A stretch of DNA of 63,056 bases, counting the filler. It is 6 parts of 6 records of this genome, joined end to end, with 100 filler letters (N's around TTAATTAATTAA, not from the genome) between each part and the next. Parts side by side here need not be neighbours in the genome. Positions count along the whole stretch, not along the records: positions 1 to 28,651 come from SRR20825010_7172; 5 more parts are not named here. The stretch is one strand, 5' to 3'. The notes beneath the pieces are model-generated. The model did no database searches. It worked only from the letters and a program-made list of their open reading frames with translations, and was not told the origin of the DNA. Within the stretch, counting starts at the first letter, position 1, and the number at the start of each line of letters is the position of its first letter. This document shows, one piece after another, positions 1 through 8,819 of the stretch. Position numbers and translations under genes: made by a program.

Positions 1-402
1 ATCGCCGGGGGTGAAATAGAATTTTTCATAGAAGCCCGGGTCGTCGGGAATATGCATCTTGCGGTAGATGCCGGCAAGGCTGCCGTCTTTTTCCAGTACC
101 ACGGCGGTGTTGTGGTAGAGACCGGTGGCGCGCTTTTCAAACAGACTGCCGACGATGACGATGCCCAGCTCTTTGGCCAGTGCGCCCAGGGTGTCGGTGC
201 TGGGGCCGGGGATCGGCTCGGCCAGATCAAAGACGCCGGTGTCCTCGGTCTGACAGAAATACAGGCTGCGGTGTAATTCCTGCAGTAGCACCAGCTCGGC
301 GCCCTGGGCGGCGGCCTCGCGTACCTTTGCCAGGGAATGATCCAGATTGGCTTTCAGGTCGGCGGTGTTTGTTTGCTGGATAACGGCAACACGCATGGGC
401 AT
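1..402 (-). CDS. Carbon-nitrogen hydrolase (N-carbamoylputrescine amidase, AguB-like), 3' end runs off the window
   Basis: Not in the ORF track; my translation from ATG at 402 gives MPMRVAVIQQ...LVLLQELHRSLYFCQTED...YRKMHIPDDPGFYEKFYFTPGD, with the nitrilase-family catalytic Glu and Lys motifs; lies directly downstream of an agmatine deiminase gene. Confidence 0.88.
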   Translation of the reverse strand, partial: MPMRVAVIQQTNTADLKANLDHSLAKVREAAAQGAELVLLQELHRSLYFCQTEDTGVFDLAEPIPGPSTDTLGALAKELGIVIVGSLFEKRATGLYHNTAVVLEKDGSLAGIYRKMHIPDDPGFYEKFYFTPGD

Positions 403-445
403 TTTCCTTGTACTGGGCTGGCTGGGCTCAGTGTTGAATAGATAA

Positions 446-1453
446 TTAAAGCGCGCCTTGCGGCAATTGCATGGTGACACAGTGCAGGCTGCCATGCTGT
501 TCGATCAGTACCCGGCAGTTGACGGCCACCACCGTGCGAGCGCCGGATACGGACTGCAACGCATCCAGTGCTTGCTGGTCGGTGTCGCAGCCATAAACCG
601 GCACCAGAATTTTCTCGTTGGTGATCAGAAAGTTGGCATAGGTGGCCGGCAGGCGTTCTCCCTCGCGGCAATATTGGGCAGAGGGCAGCGCCAGCGGTAC
701 CAGGGTCAAATCATGCTGAGCTGCCAGGCGCTGCAGTTCCTGTTCCATGGCGGCGAGGCCGGGGTAGTGGCTGTCGCGGGTATCCTGGCATTGCACATAG
801 GCCAGGGTTTTCTCGTCCACAAAGCGGGCGAGGGTGTCCACGTGGGCGTCGGTGTCGTCGCCTTCCAATTCGCCATGGTCCAGCCACCAGATATCACTGA
901 CGCCCAGCTGTTGTTTCAGCTGCTCGGTCAGTTCCGCTTCCGAAAGGTCCGGGTTGCGATTGGGGTTGCGCAGGCAGTGGCGGGTGGTCAGCAGGTTGCC
1001 ATGGCCATCGGTATCGATGGCGCCGCCTTCCAGTACCAGGGCGTGGGTTTCCAGGGGGAGCTGCCAAGGCAGTTGCTGGTTGAGGGCGTTGTCCTTGTCG
1101 GCGGCGAACTTGCCGCCCCAGCCGGTAAAGGTGTAGTCCAGCAGCTGTGTCTGCTCGCCGTTGCGAATGGCAATGGGGCCGAAATCCCGGGCCCAGGTGT
1201 CGTTGTAGTCGGCGATCACCACCTGCAGGCGCTGGGCGTCGATGCTCCGTGCAGCGACCTGAGCGTGAATATGGTCACGGGTGTGGGCGTTACGGCACAC
1301 CAGCAGCACATGCTCGTGATCAAGCAGGGCAGCGAGGATATCCAGATAACAGGTTTCGGCGTCGGCCAGGTGATCGGCCCAATCGGTATGGGCGTCGGGC
1401 CAGGCGAGCAGGACCCCCCATTGGGGAGTCCATTCAGGAAGAAGTTGGCGCAT
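446..1453 (-). CDS. Agmatine deiminase / peptidyl-arginine deiminase family protein
   Basis: Motifs PEW, DTWARDFGP, LEGGAIDTDG, DDTDAHVDTLARF, ATYANF, GSLHCVTMQ. Confidence 0.93.
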   Translation of the reverse strand: MRQLLPEWTPQWGVLLAWPDAHTDWADHLADAETCYLDILAALLDHEHVLLVCRNAHTRDHIHAQVAARSIDAQRLQVVIADYNDTWARDFGPIAIRNGEQTQLLDYTFTGWGGKFAADKDNALNQQLPWQLPLETHALVLEGGAIDTDGHGNLLTTRHCLRNPNRNPDLSEAELTEQLKQQLGVSDIWWLDHGELEGDDTDAHVDTLARFVDEKTLAYVQCQDTRDSHYPGLAAMEQELQRLAAQHDLTLVPLALPSAQYCREGERLPATYANFLITNEKILVPVYGCDTDQQALDALQSVSGARTVVAVNCRVLIEQHGSLHCVTMQLPQGAL

Positions 1454-1494
1454 AGCGAAGAGTGTCCGCAGGGTTGGCTATGCGCGCGAGTGTG

Positions 1495-2496
1495 CTACTG
1501 GCGGGCACCCCAGTCAATATAGAAACCGCCGTCATCGGCTGTGTCTTTTACGTCGTTCGCCGCGTCCTCTGCGGCCTGTTGGGTCTGCTCTGCCTGCTCG
1601 ACGTGTTCTTCCACGTTTTGCTCGGCTTCAGCCTGGGCAGCCTGTGCTTTCTCGTTGGCGTCATCAACGGCGCTTTGCGCTTTGGCCTGGGTGTCTTCTA
1701 CCGCTTGATTGACCGCTTCGCTGGCCTGGTCAGCAGACTGCCGGGATTCTTTCTCTACGCTGGCCGCTTTCTTCTGTGCAGCCTGCTCGGGCGTGTCTTC
1801 GCCGGCGATGATGATGCGGCCTGTGACGGGGTCAAAGCGGAATTCGCCTTCGTCGGTGGAGCCTGCGGCCGGAGCTGTTGTTTGGGTAGGCGTACTTGCC
1901 TTGGTTGCAGCGGCGGGAGCTGTTTCTGCTGTCTTTTTCGCTGGCTTGGCGGCGTCGGGAGCGGCGGGGGCGCTTTCCGGGGTGGCTGCGGCTTTCGTTT
2001 CTGGTGCAGGGGTTGTGGCCTGGCTTGGGGTGGTAGCGGCAGGCGTGGATTGTGCCGGGCTGGCGTGGCTGTCGCCTTCGCTGACAAAACGGCCGGAAAC
2101 CGGATCGAAGACCGGCCCACCCTGATCGTTGTTGTCGCTGGCGCTGGCTGAAGATGCCGGTGCGTTGGCGGTGGCTGCAGTTTTTTCTTCCGTTTTTTCT
2201 TCGATGGGGGGCAAGGTATCGACCTGCTGGCCGGAGACTACATCCGGTGCCGCACTGCCCGGCCGATCAACGACGGTGTGCAAGGCGGTGTTGTTTTCGA
2301 AGTAGACGGTGAAGCCGTTGTAGAACCAGCGGGTGATGGCGGGGCTGCCCACCGGGCCCTTGCTCTGGTTGGGGGCGCCGAATTCTGCGCGGACCTGGGA
2401 TTGGGACATGCCGCGTTGGGGAACGTCGGCTGCCAGTGAGGCAGCGGGCATGGCCAGCGCTGCTGAAGCCAGCAACGTCATTATTCTTATCTTCAT
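1495..2496 (-). CDS. Exported hypothetical protein: signal peptide, small folded N-terminal domain, long Ala/Pro/Glu/Gln-rich tail
   Basis: N-terminal signal peptide MKIRIMTLLASAALAMPAASLA; GMSQSQVRAEFGAP...RWFYNGFTVYFEN resembles SmpA/BamE-like domains; purine-rich GGGGAAG just upstream of the ATG. Confidence 0.75.
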   Translation of the reverse strand: MKIRIMTLLASAALAMPAASLAADVPQRGMSQSQVRAEFGAPNQSKGPVGSPAITRWFYNGFTVYFENNTALHTVVDRPGSAAPDVVSGQQVDTLPPIEEKTEEKTAATANAPASSASASDNNDQGGPVFDPVSGRFVSEGDSHASPAQSTPAATTPSQATTPAPETKAAATPESAPAAPDAAKPAKKTAETAPAAATKASTPTQTTAPAAGSTDEGEFRFDPVTGRIIIAGEDTPEQAAQKKAASVEKESRQSADQASEAVNQAVEDTQAKAQSAVDDANEKAQAAQAEAEQNVEEHVEQAEQTQQAAEDAANDVKDTADDGGFYIDWGARQ

Positions 2497-2677
2497 TTCT
2501 TCCCCCGGCGATATTGTATTTTCTTTCGATATTAGAAAGTTAGGTAAACTTATTCAACCATTTTGCTAGCAGGCGAACGCTGACGCCGATCACAAAGCGG
2601 AGTGCTGGGGTCATTGCGCCGGCTTCCGGCGGTAATGGCCGTAGTATTTGCCCCGGGTTTCGGGTTAAATGCGCTGC

Positions 2678-3913
2678 ATGTTTCGACCTCTATCCTTCTA
2701 TGTGGGGCTGCGCTATACCGGCGCCCGTGCCCGCAACAGTTTTATTTCGGTGATTACACTGATTTCAGCACTGGGCCTGATGTTGGGCGTGGCGGTGTTG
2801 ATAACGGTGCTATCTGTCATGAACGGCTTCGATCGTGAGCTGCAGACCCGCATTTTGGGCATGGTGACGCACCTGTCGGTGCATGGCCGTGAGCCGGTGC
2901 AGGACTGGCAGGCGCTGGCTAACCGGCTGGACCATCACGATCAGATCGAGGCGGCAGCACCGTTTGTGCAACTGGAGGGCATGCTGACCCATCGTGGCAA
3001 TGTGGCAGGGTCGCTGATCAACGGCATTGAGCCTGATGCCGAGCGCAAGGTGTCCATCGTCGGCGATTTCATGCACCAGGGGGATCTGGAAAGCCTTGAG
3101 CCGGGCGAGTTTGATATGGTGCTGGGCTATGGCTTGGCGCGGCGCCTGGGAGCAGAACTGGGTGACAAGGTGACCCTGGTGCTACCGGAAGCCACTATCT
3201 CGCCAGCCGGGGTGATGCCCCGTTTCAAGCGATTCACCGTCACCGGGATTTTCCGGGTGCGGGCCGAAGTCGACTCGCTTTATGCCTATGTGAATGTGGC
3301 GGACGCCGCCAAGCTGGCTCGCCAGGCGGGCACAGTGCAAGGGGTGCGGCTGAAGCTGAACGACCTGTTCAGTGCCTCCAATCTGGGCTGGACGCTGCAA
3401 CAGGAGCTGGGGCCGAATTACTACACCAGTGACTGGACCCGCAGCCACGGCAACCTCTTCCAGGCCATCAAGATGGAAAAGACCATGATGACGCTGTTGC
3501 TCAGCTTCATTGTGGCGGTGGCGGCCTTCAATATTATTTCCAGCCAGGTGATGCTGGTGACCGAGAAGCGCGGCAACATCGCGGTGTTGCGCACGCTGGG
3601 AGCGTCACCGGGGACGATCATGCGCATTTTCATGGTGCAGGGCACCCTGATTGGCGTGGCCGGGACCTTGCTGGGTACCGTGTTGGGGGTGCTGTTGGCC
3701 ACCAATGTGAGCAACATTGCCGAGTGGGTAGAGAAGACCTTTAATACCCGCTTGTTTGATGCCTATTTTGTGAATTATCTGCCGTCCGAGCTGCAGTGGT
3801 CCGATGTGGGCACCATTGTGGGGATCGCGTTGTTCATTAGTTTCTCTGCCACCCTGTATCCTTCCTGGCGTGCCAGCCGGGTACAACCTGCGGAGGCGCT
3901 GCGCTATGAATAA
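2678..3913 (+). CDS. Lipoprotein-releasing ABC transporter permease (LolC/LolE family)
   Basis: MFRPLSFYVGLRY...SVMNGFDREL...VAAFNIISS...ATLYPSWRASRVQPAEALRYE; start placed at the second ATG (2678). Confidence 0.93.
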   Translation: MFRPLSFYVGLRYTGARARNSFISVITLISALGLMLGVAVLITVLSVMNGFDRELQTRILGMVTHLSVHGREPVQDWQALANRLDHHDQIEAAAPFVQLEGMLTHRGNVAGSLINGIEPDAERKVSIVGDFMHQGDLESLEPGEFDMVLGYGLARRLGAELGDKVTLVLPEATISPAGVMPRFKRFTVTGIFRVRAEVDSLYAYVNVADAAKLARQAGTVQGVRLKLNDLFSASNLGWTLQQELGPNYYTSDWTRSHGNLFQAIKMEKTMMTLLLSFIVAVAAFNIISSQVMLVTEKRGNIAVLRTLGASPGTIMRIFMVQGTLIGVAGTLLGTVLGVLLATNVSNIAEWVEKTFNTRLFDAYFVNYLPSELQWSDVGTIVGIALFISFSATLYPSWRASRVQPAEALRYE

Positions 3914-4592
3914 TTCAACGCCTGTCCTGCATGCGCAAACGTTGGTGAAAGCCTACGAAGAGGGCAATAACGAACTGGAAGTGCTCAAGGGTGTGGACCT
4001 GACCGTACACAAGGGCGATATCCTGGCGATTATCGGTGCGTCCGGTTCAGGCAAGTCGACCTTGTTGAATCTGCTCGGTGGTTTGGATCACGCCACTCGG
4101 GGTACGGTTTCGATTGCAGGTACTTCTGTGTCATCGCTGAACGATCGCGAAACCGGGCGGCTGCGCAATCGCTATCTGGGCTTCGTTTACCAGTTTCACC
4201 ATCTGTTGCCGGAATTTACCGCGCTGGAAAATGTGGCCATGCCGTTGTTGATCCGTGGCGAGAAGCCGGCGGATTGTCAGGCCCGGGCCGCGGCGATTCT
4301 GGAACGGGTGGGGCTGGGACCTCGTCTCAAGCACAAGCCTTCGGCGTTAAGCGGCGGGGAGCGTCAACGGGTGGCCATTGCCCGTGCGCTGGTGACCGAG
4401 CCGGCACTGGTAATGGCGGATGAGCCCACCGGGAATCTGGATGAGCGCACCGCTGCACAAGTGCAGGCGTTAATGATCGAGTTGAATGAGAATCTGGGCA
4501 CGGCGTTCATGATTGTGACCCACGATAGGGAGTTTGCCTCCCGCTGCCCGCAGCAATATGAGCTGCACGACGGGTTACTGCGGCGGCTTTGA
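3906..4592 (+). CDS. lolD: Lipoprotein-releasing ABC transporter ATP-binding protein
   Basis: GASGSGKST, LGFVYQFHHLLPEFTALENV, LSGGERQR, ADEPTGNLD; ATG at 3906 overlaps the stop of the upstream permease. Confidence 0.95.
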   Translation: MNNSTPVLHAQTLVKAYEEGNNELEVLKGVDLTVHKGDILAIIGASGSGKSTLLNLLGGLDHATRGTVSIAGTSVSSLNDRETGRLRNRYLGFVYQFHHLLPEFTALENVAMPLLIRGEKPADCQARAAAILERVGLGPRLKHKPSALSGGERQRVAIARALVTEPALVMADEPTGNLDERTAAQVQALMIELNENLGTAFMIVTHDREFASRCPQQYELHDGLLRRL

Positions 4593-5177
4593 GTCGTCGC
4601 GGGCCTCGTCGGCCTCACGTTTTGCCTCTTCTTTGGCGTTTTCCTTTGCTTCCTGTCTGGCCTCCCGGCGTTCCGCCCGGACGCGCCGGTGCGCCCGCAG
4701 GTTCCAGCTACGAATCACCGCCAGCCGCCAGCTGACCTTCACTGCCAGGTAGGCCAGCCCACCGAACAGGAATGCGCACAGCAACGAGCCCACCCACAGG
4801 GGAATCAACTGCTCCACAAACCAGGCCACGGTAATGCCTTCGCCACTGTGGGGCGGCATGCCCAACAACCAGGCACCGATACGGTAGGTGAAATAGAAGA
4901 TGGGGACATAGGTGACCGGGTTGGAGATCCAGACCAGCATCACCGACAGCGGCAGGTTGCAATGAAAGCGTACCGCCAGTAACGCGGCCAGCCCCATTTG
5001 CAGGGGAATGGGGAGCAAGCCGGAGAAAATGCCGATAAAGGCGGCGCCCGCCAGTGAGCGGCGGTTGATGTGCCAGAGATTGGGGTCCGACAACACCTCC
5101 CCGAGAAAGCTTAACGACTTGGTCTGCCGAATGCGTTCGGGTGTTGGCAGGTATTTGCGGAATATCCGTTTTGGCAT
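4575..5177 (-). CDS. DUF2062 family membrane protein
   Basis: MPKRIFRKYLP...PNLWHINRRSLAGA...PIPLQM...NLPLSV..VWISNPVT; usual position next to comEC; 3' end overlaps lolD by 18 nt. Confidence 0.85.
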   Translation of the reverse strand: MPKRIFRKYLPTPERIRQTKSLSFLGEVLSDPNLWHINRRSLAGAAFIGIFSGLLPIPLQMGLAALLAVRFHCNLPLSVMLVWISNPVTYVPIFYFTYRIGAWLLGMPPHSGEGITVAWFVEQLIPLWVGSLLCAFLFGGLAYLAVKVSWRLAVIRSWNLRAHRRVRAERREARQEAKENAKEEAKREADEARDDSKPPQ

Positions 5178-5508
5178 GAACTCGCATCTACTGGCTGGGG
5201 TCGGGAGCGTCTGGCTGCCCCGGTACATTCTGGCTGGCGTTATTTATCTTGCCGTCCACGAACGCACTCTATCAGTTCGTTGCTATGCCCGGTACGTTCG
5301 TGCCGGGATTAACCGCGAAAAAAGTGGGGTAAAAGGGCGTGTGTGCTCCCTTCCTGTTTCCCCGCGGGCGCTATTATGCCCGCATCGATAAAAAAGGCAT
5401 ACTCCTTCGCTGACGGCTTTCGGGATTGTGGGTTCGTCGACAGAATCGCTATGTTGTGATGTCTGTTTGTTTTCACGTCGTCGTTTCAGAAAATACCGCG
5501 GAGCAAGG

Positions 5509-7737
5509 ATGCGTATGTGGTGGACGGCAGCGGCCATGGTGGCGGGCTGCTGGCTGGGTGTGTTGTGGCCGTTGCTGGTGCTTTGTGCCGTGGCGGTGGT
5601 GGGAATGTGGCGTTTCCGTTCCCTGTGGCTCGTCTGCTTGGTGTTGGGCTACGGTTTCGGCGTGTGGCAACTGCATCAGGGGCTGGCGCAACGTCTGCCT
5701 GCGGAGCAGGACCGGGCGGTGCTCAGCCTGCAGGGGCGGGTGCTGGATATTCCGGTGACTCGCCGTGAATTTCGCTTTGGTCGCTGGCAGGTTCGCCAGC
5801 AGATCCATCTGACGGTGTGGGGCAGTGAGGCATGGCCCGGCACGCACCGGGTGGTACTCAATAGCTACGCGCCTTCGGTGTTGCTAAGCGCGGGGGACCG
5901 GGTGGTTCTGGATGCAGAGCTGAAGGTGCCCCGTGGAGTGTATAACCGCTTTGGTCCGGACCGTGCCCGTGCCGATCTGTCCGCCGGGGTGGATGCCCGT
6001 GGCAAGCTCAAGCGTGTTTCGGTACTCGCCAATCATGGGGGCGTGGATACCTGGCGGGAGGTACTGTCCTCTCGGGTGGCGGCATCGGTGTCTGATTCTC
6101 CCTTGGGCAAAGCGGTATTACCGGCGTTGGTTGTTGGCGACCGTGCCCGGTTGCCGCCGTCTCTCTGGCGTACCTTTCAACTCACTGGCGGGGCTCACCT
6201 GCTGGCTATTTCCGGGCTGCATATTGCCATTGTGGCGGGGTGGTTCTGGTGGCTGGGCAGGGCGCTGCTTGCGCCAGTGCTGCAAGGCGTCATTCCTGGG
6301 CTGCGACGATATTCGCTTCAGCAACTCGCCTGGCTGCCGGGGTTGCTCGGTGCCATGGGGTATGCGGCACTGGCAGGTTTCAGTCTGCCCACCATGCGCG
6401 CACTGATAATGCTGTTGGTGGTGGCGCTGGCCCAGTGGTGGCGAGTGCCGGTTTCGCTGTGGCGGGCGTTGGGTATGGCCCTGTTGGTGGTGTTGTTGAT
6501 CACGCCTCTGGCTGCGCTGTCAGCGAGCCTGTGGCTGTCCTTCGGTGCGGTTGCCTGTATTGCCATGCTAACCCGCAGCCATGCGCCCTGGCGGTTGATG
6601 CTGTTGCTGCCGGTGGTGATGGCCGTGGCGAGTGCGGTGCTGTTTCAGCAGTGGACACCCAGCGCCCCGCTGGCAAATTTGATCCTGGTTCCGCTTTATA
6701 CCTTGCTGGTGATCCCTGCGGCATTGCTGGGGGCACTGTTCCAGCAGCCCTGGCTATTGGGTGCAGCCGCCACCGGGGTGGAATTTTCCGTGTGGGTCAT
6801 GACTTGGCTGGCGAATCTGGGGGTGCCGTCATGGTTAAGGCTGCCGTCCATGACCGCAGGCATTGTCCTGATGGTTGGGGTGATGTTACTGCTGATGCCT
6901 TTTTTGCCTTTTCCTCGACGGTTGCTGCCGCTTTTCCTGCTGCCCTGGTTGACGCAGAAGCCGGCAACACTGGCGCCGGGGGAGTGGTCGTTGACGGCTT
7001 TTGATGTGGGGCAGGGGCTGGCATTGGCAATACGCACCCGTGAACACCTGCTGGTTTATGATGCCGGGCCGTCCTGGCCCGGTGGCAGCATGGCGGCCCA
7101 GAGTATGAGGCCGTGGCTGTCGGTGACGGGGCAGCAGGTCGACCGCACGGTGATCAGTCATGGTGACAATGACCATGCCGGTGGGATGACTGACTTGCCG
7201 GCACCTGGCCTGCTGCTCAGTGGCGAGCCGCACAGGGTGCCAGGTAGCCAATTATGCCAGGCCGGTGATCAGTGGCGCTGGGATGGCGTGACCTTCACGG
7301 TGTTGTGGCCCGGTGAACCAAGGAGGGCAGGGAATGGCGCCAGCTGCGTGCTGCATGTGGATGGGGCCTTTGCCTCTGCGCTGCTGCCGGGTGATATCGG
7401 TATCCAGGAGGAATACCGTTTGCTCGGGGCGTTGTCGCCGGTGGATCTGCTGGTGTTGGGGCATCATGGTAGTAAATCGAGCACCAGTGATGCCTTGCTG
7501 CGCCAGCTGCAGCCCGATGTTGCGCTGGTCAGCGCCGGCTACCGTAACCGGTTCCTCCACCCTCATCCGCAGGTGCTGCACAAGCTGGATAGCGCGGGCA
7601 TCACAGTTCTGCGCACGGACCTGGATGGCATGATTGTGTTTCGACAGGGGGGCGTCGATAATGGCCGGCTTATAACAAAATGGCGACAAGCGTATGCCCG
7701 GCCCTGGCATGGACCGGCCCGCTGGCGTTTTTGGTAA
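5509..7737 (+). CDS. comEC: DNA internalisation competence protein ComEC/Rec2
   Basis: AHLLAISGLHI competence-domain motif, FDVGQGLA, ISHGDNDHAGG and HHGSKSS metallo-beta-lactamase motifs; start chosen at the ATG after GGAG/AAGG. Confidence 0.93.
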   Translation: MRMWWTAAAMVAGCWLGVLWPLLVLCAVAVVGMWRFRSLWLVCLVLGYGFGVWQLHQGLAQRLPAEQDRAVLSLQGRVLDIPVTRREFRFGRWQVRQQIHLTVWGSEAWPGTHRVVLNSYAPSVLLSAGDRVVLDAELKVPRGVYNRFGPDRARADLSAGVDARGKLKRVSVLANHGGVDTWREVLSSRVAASVSDSPLGKAVLPALVVGDRARLPPSLWRTFQLTGGAHLLAISGLHIAIVAGWFWWLGRALLAPVLQGVIPGLRRYSLQQLAWLPGLLGAMGYAALAGFSLPTMRALIMLLVVALAQWWRVPVSLWRALGMALLVVLLITPLAALSASLWLSFGAVACIAMLTRSHAPWRLMLLLPVVMAVASAVLFQQWTPSAPLANLILVPLYTLLVIPAALLGALFQQPWLLGAAATGVEFSVWVMTWLANLGVPSWLRLPSMTAGIVLMVGVMLLLMPFLPFPRRLLPLFLLPWLTQKPATLAPGEWSLTAFDVGQGLALAIRTREHLLVYDAGPSWPGGSMAAQSMRPWLSVTGQQVDRTVISHGDNDHAGGMTDLPAPGLLLSGEPHRVPGSQLCQAGDQWRWDGVTFTVLWPGEPRRAGNGASCVLHVDGAFASALLPGDIGIQEEYRLLGALSPVDLLVLGHHGSKSSTSDALLRQLQPDVALVSAGYRNRFLHPHPQVLHKLDSAGITVLRTDLDGMIVFRQGGVDNGRLITKWRQAYARPWHGPARWRFW

Positions 7738-7767
7738 CCCGATTTGTGAGCAAGGGGAGAAGTTAAG

Positions 7768-8397
7768 GTGCAAGATCTTGTGCAGTCCGGGGGCTGGATG
7801 ATGCTCCCGATCTTGATCTGTTCAGTGGTGGCGCTGGCCATTGTGGTTGAACGTTTCTGGACCCTGCGGCCCAGCAAACTGGCGCCGGCAGATACGGTTC
7901 CCCAGGTGCAGACGCTACTGAAGCGCGGCCTGCTTAATGAAGGCAATCTGGTGAAGCTGCGCGACAGCTCGCCGCTGGGGCGTATCCTGGCGACCGGCCT
8001 GACCAATGCTCGCCATGGCCGTGACATCATGAAAGAAAGCATTCAAGAGAGTGCTACCGGTGTGGTACACGAACTGGAGAAATTTCTCAGCACGTTGGGC
8101 TCTATTGCGGCGATTACTCCGCTGCTGGGCTTGCTTGGCACCGTGGTCGGCATGATTGATGTGTTTGCGGCGATCATGATTCACGGTACCGGTGACGCGG
8201 CACAGCTGGCTGGTGGTATTTCCCAGGCACTGCTGACCACTGCAGCGGGCCTGGTGGTTGCTATTCCGGCAATTTTCTTTCACCGCTTCTTTGTACGCCG
8301 GGTAGAAGAAATTACCGTGGAGCTGGAGCAAAGCGCCGTTCATGTGGTGGATCTGGTACACGGTGATCGTGAGGCAGAACCGGGAGAGAAGGCGTGA
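7768..8397 (+). CDS. MotA/TolQ/ExbB proton channel protein
   Basis: PLLGLLGTVVGMI, GISQALLTTAAGLVVAIPA; GTG start. Confidence 0.92.
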   Translation: MQDLVQSGGWMMLPILICSVVALAIVVERFWTLRPSKLAPADTVPQVQTLLKRGLLNEGNLVKLRDSSPLGRILATGLTNARHGRDIMKESIQESATGVVHELEKFLSTLGSIAAITPLLGLLGTVVGMIDVFAAIMIHGTGDAAQLAGGISQALLTTAAGLVVAIPAIFFHRFFVRRVEEITVELEQSAVHVVDLVHGDREAEPGEKA

Positions 8398-8819
8398 AAT
8401 TTCCCCGGCCCAGCCAGGAGGAGATCAGCGTTAACCTGACACCCTTGATTGATGTGGTGTTTCTGCTGCTGATTTTCTTCATGGTTTCGACCACCTTTGA
8501 TGACAAGACACAGTTGTCGATCACCTTGCCGGAAGCCGATGGCGCTCCGCAGGCTCAGGTAGATGATCAGGTTGAAGTGACGATTACCTCCACGGGCGAT
8601 TACCTGGTGAACGGCGAGAAACTGGCGGCCAGTGACAGCAATGCGTTGCGCACTGCGCTGTTGCGTCTTGGGCAGGATAAAACGGATCAACCGTTGCAAA
8701 TTTATGCGGACGCCAATGTGGCGTATCAGGCTGTCGTGCGTGTTTATGACGTGGCCGGGCAGCTGGGTTTTGTTAAGCTGTCGCTCACCACTCGCGAATC
8801 CCCCAACGAGGCACAATGA
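8394..8819 (+). CDS. ExbD/TolR family protein
   Basis: NLTPLIDVVFLLLIFFMVST motif; coupled to the upstream ExbB-like gene. Confidence 0.92.
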   Translation: MKFPRPSQEEISVNLTPLIDVVFLLLIFFMVSTTFDDKTQLSITLPEADGAPQAQVDDQVEVTITSTGDYLVNGEKLAASDSNALRTALLRLGQDKTDQPLQIYADANVAYQAVVRVYDVAGQLGFVKLSLTTRESPNEAQ

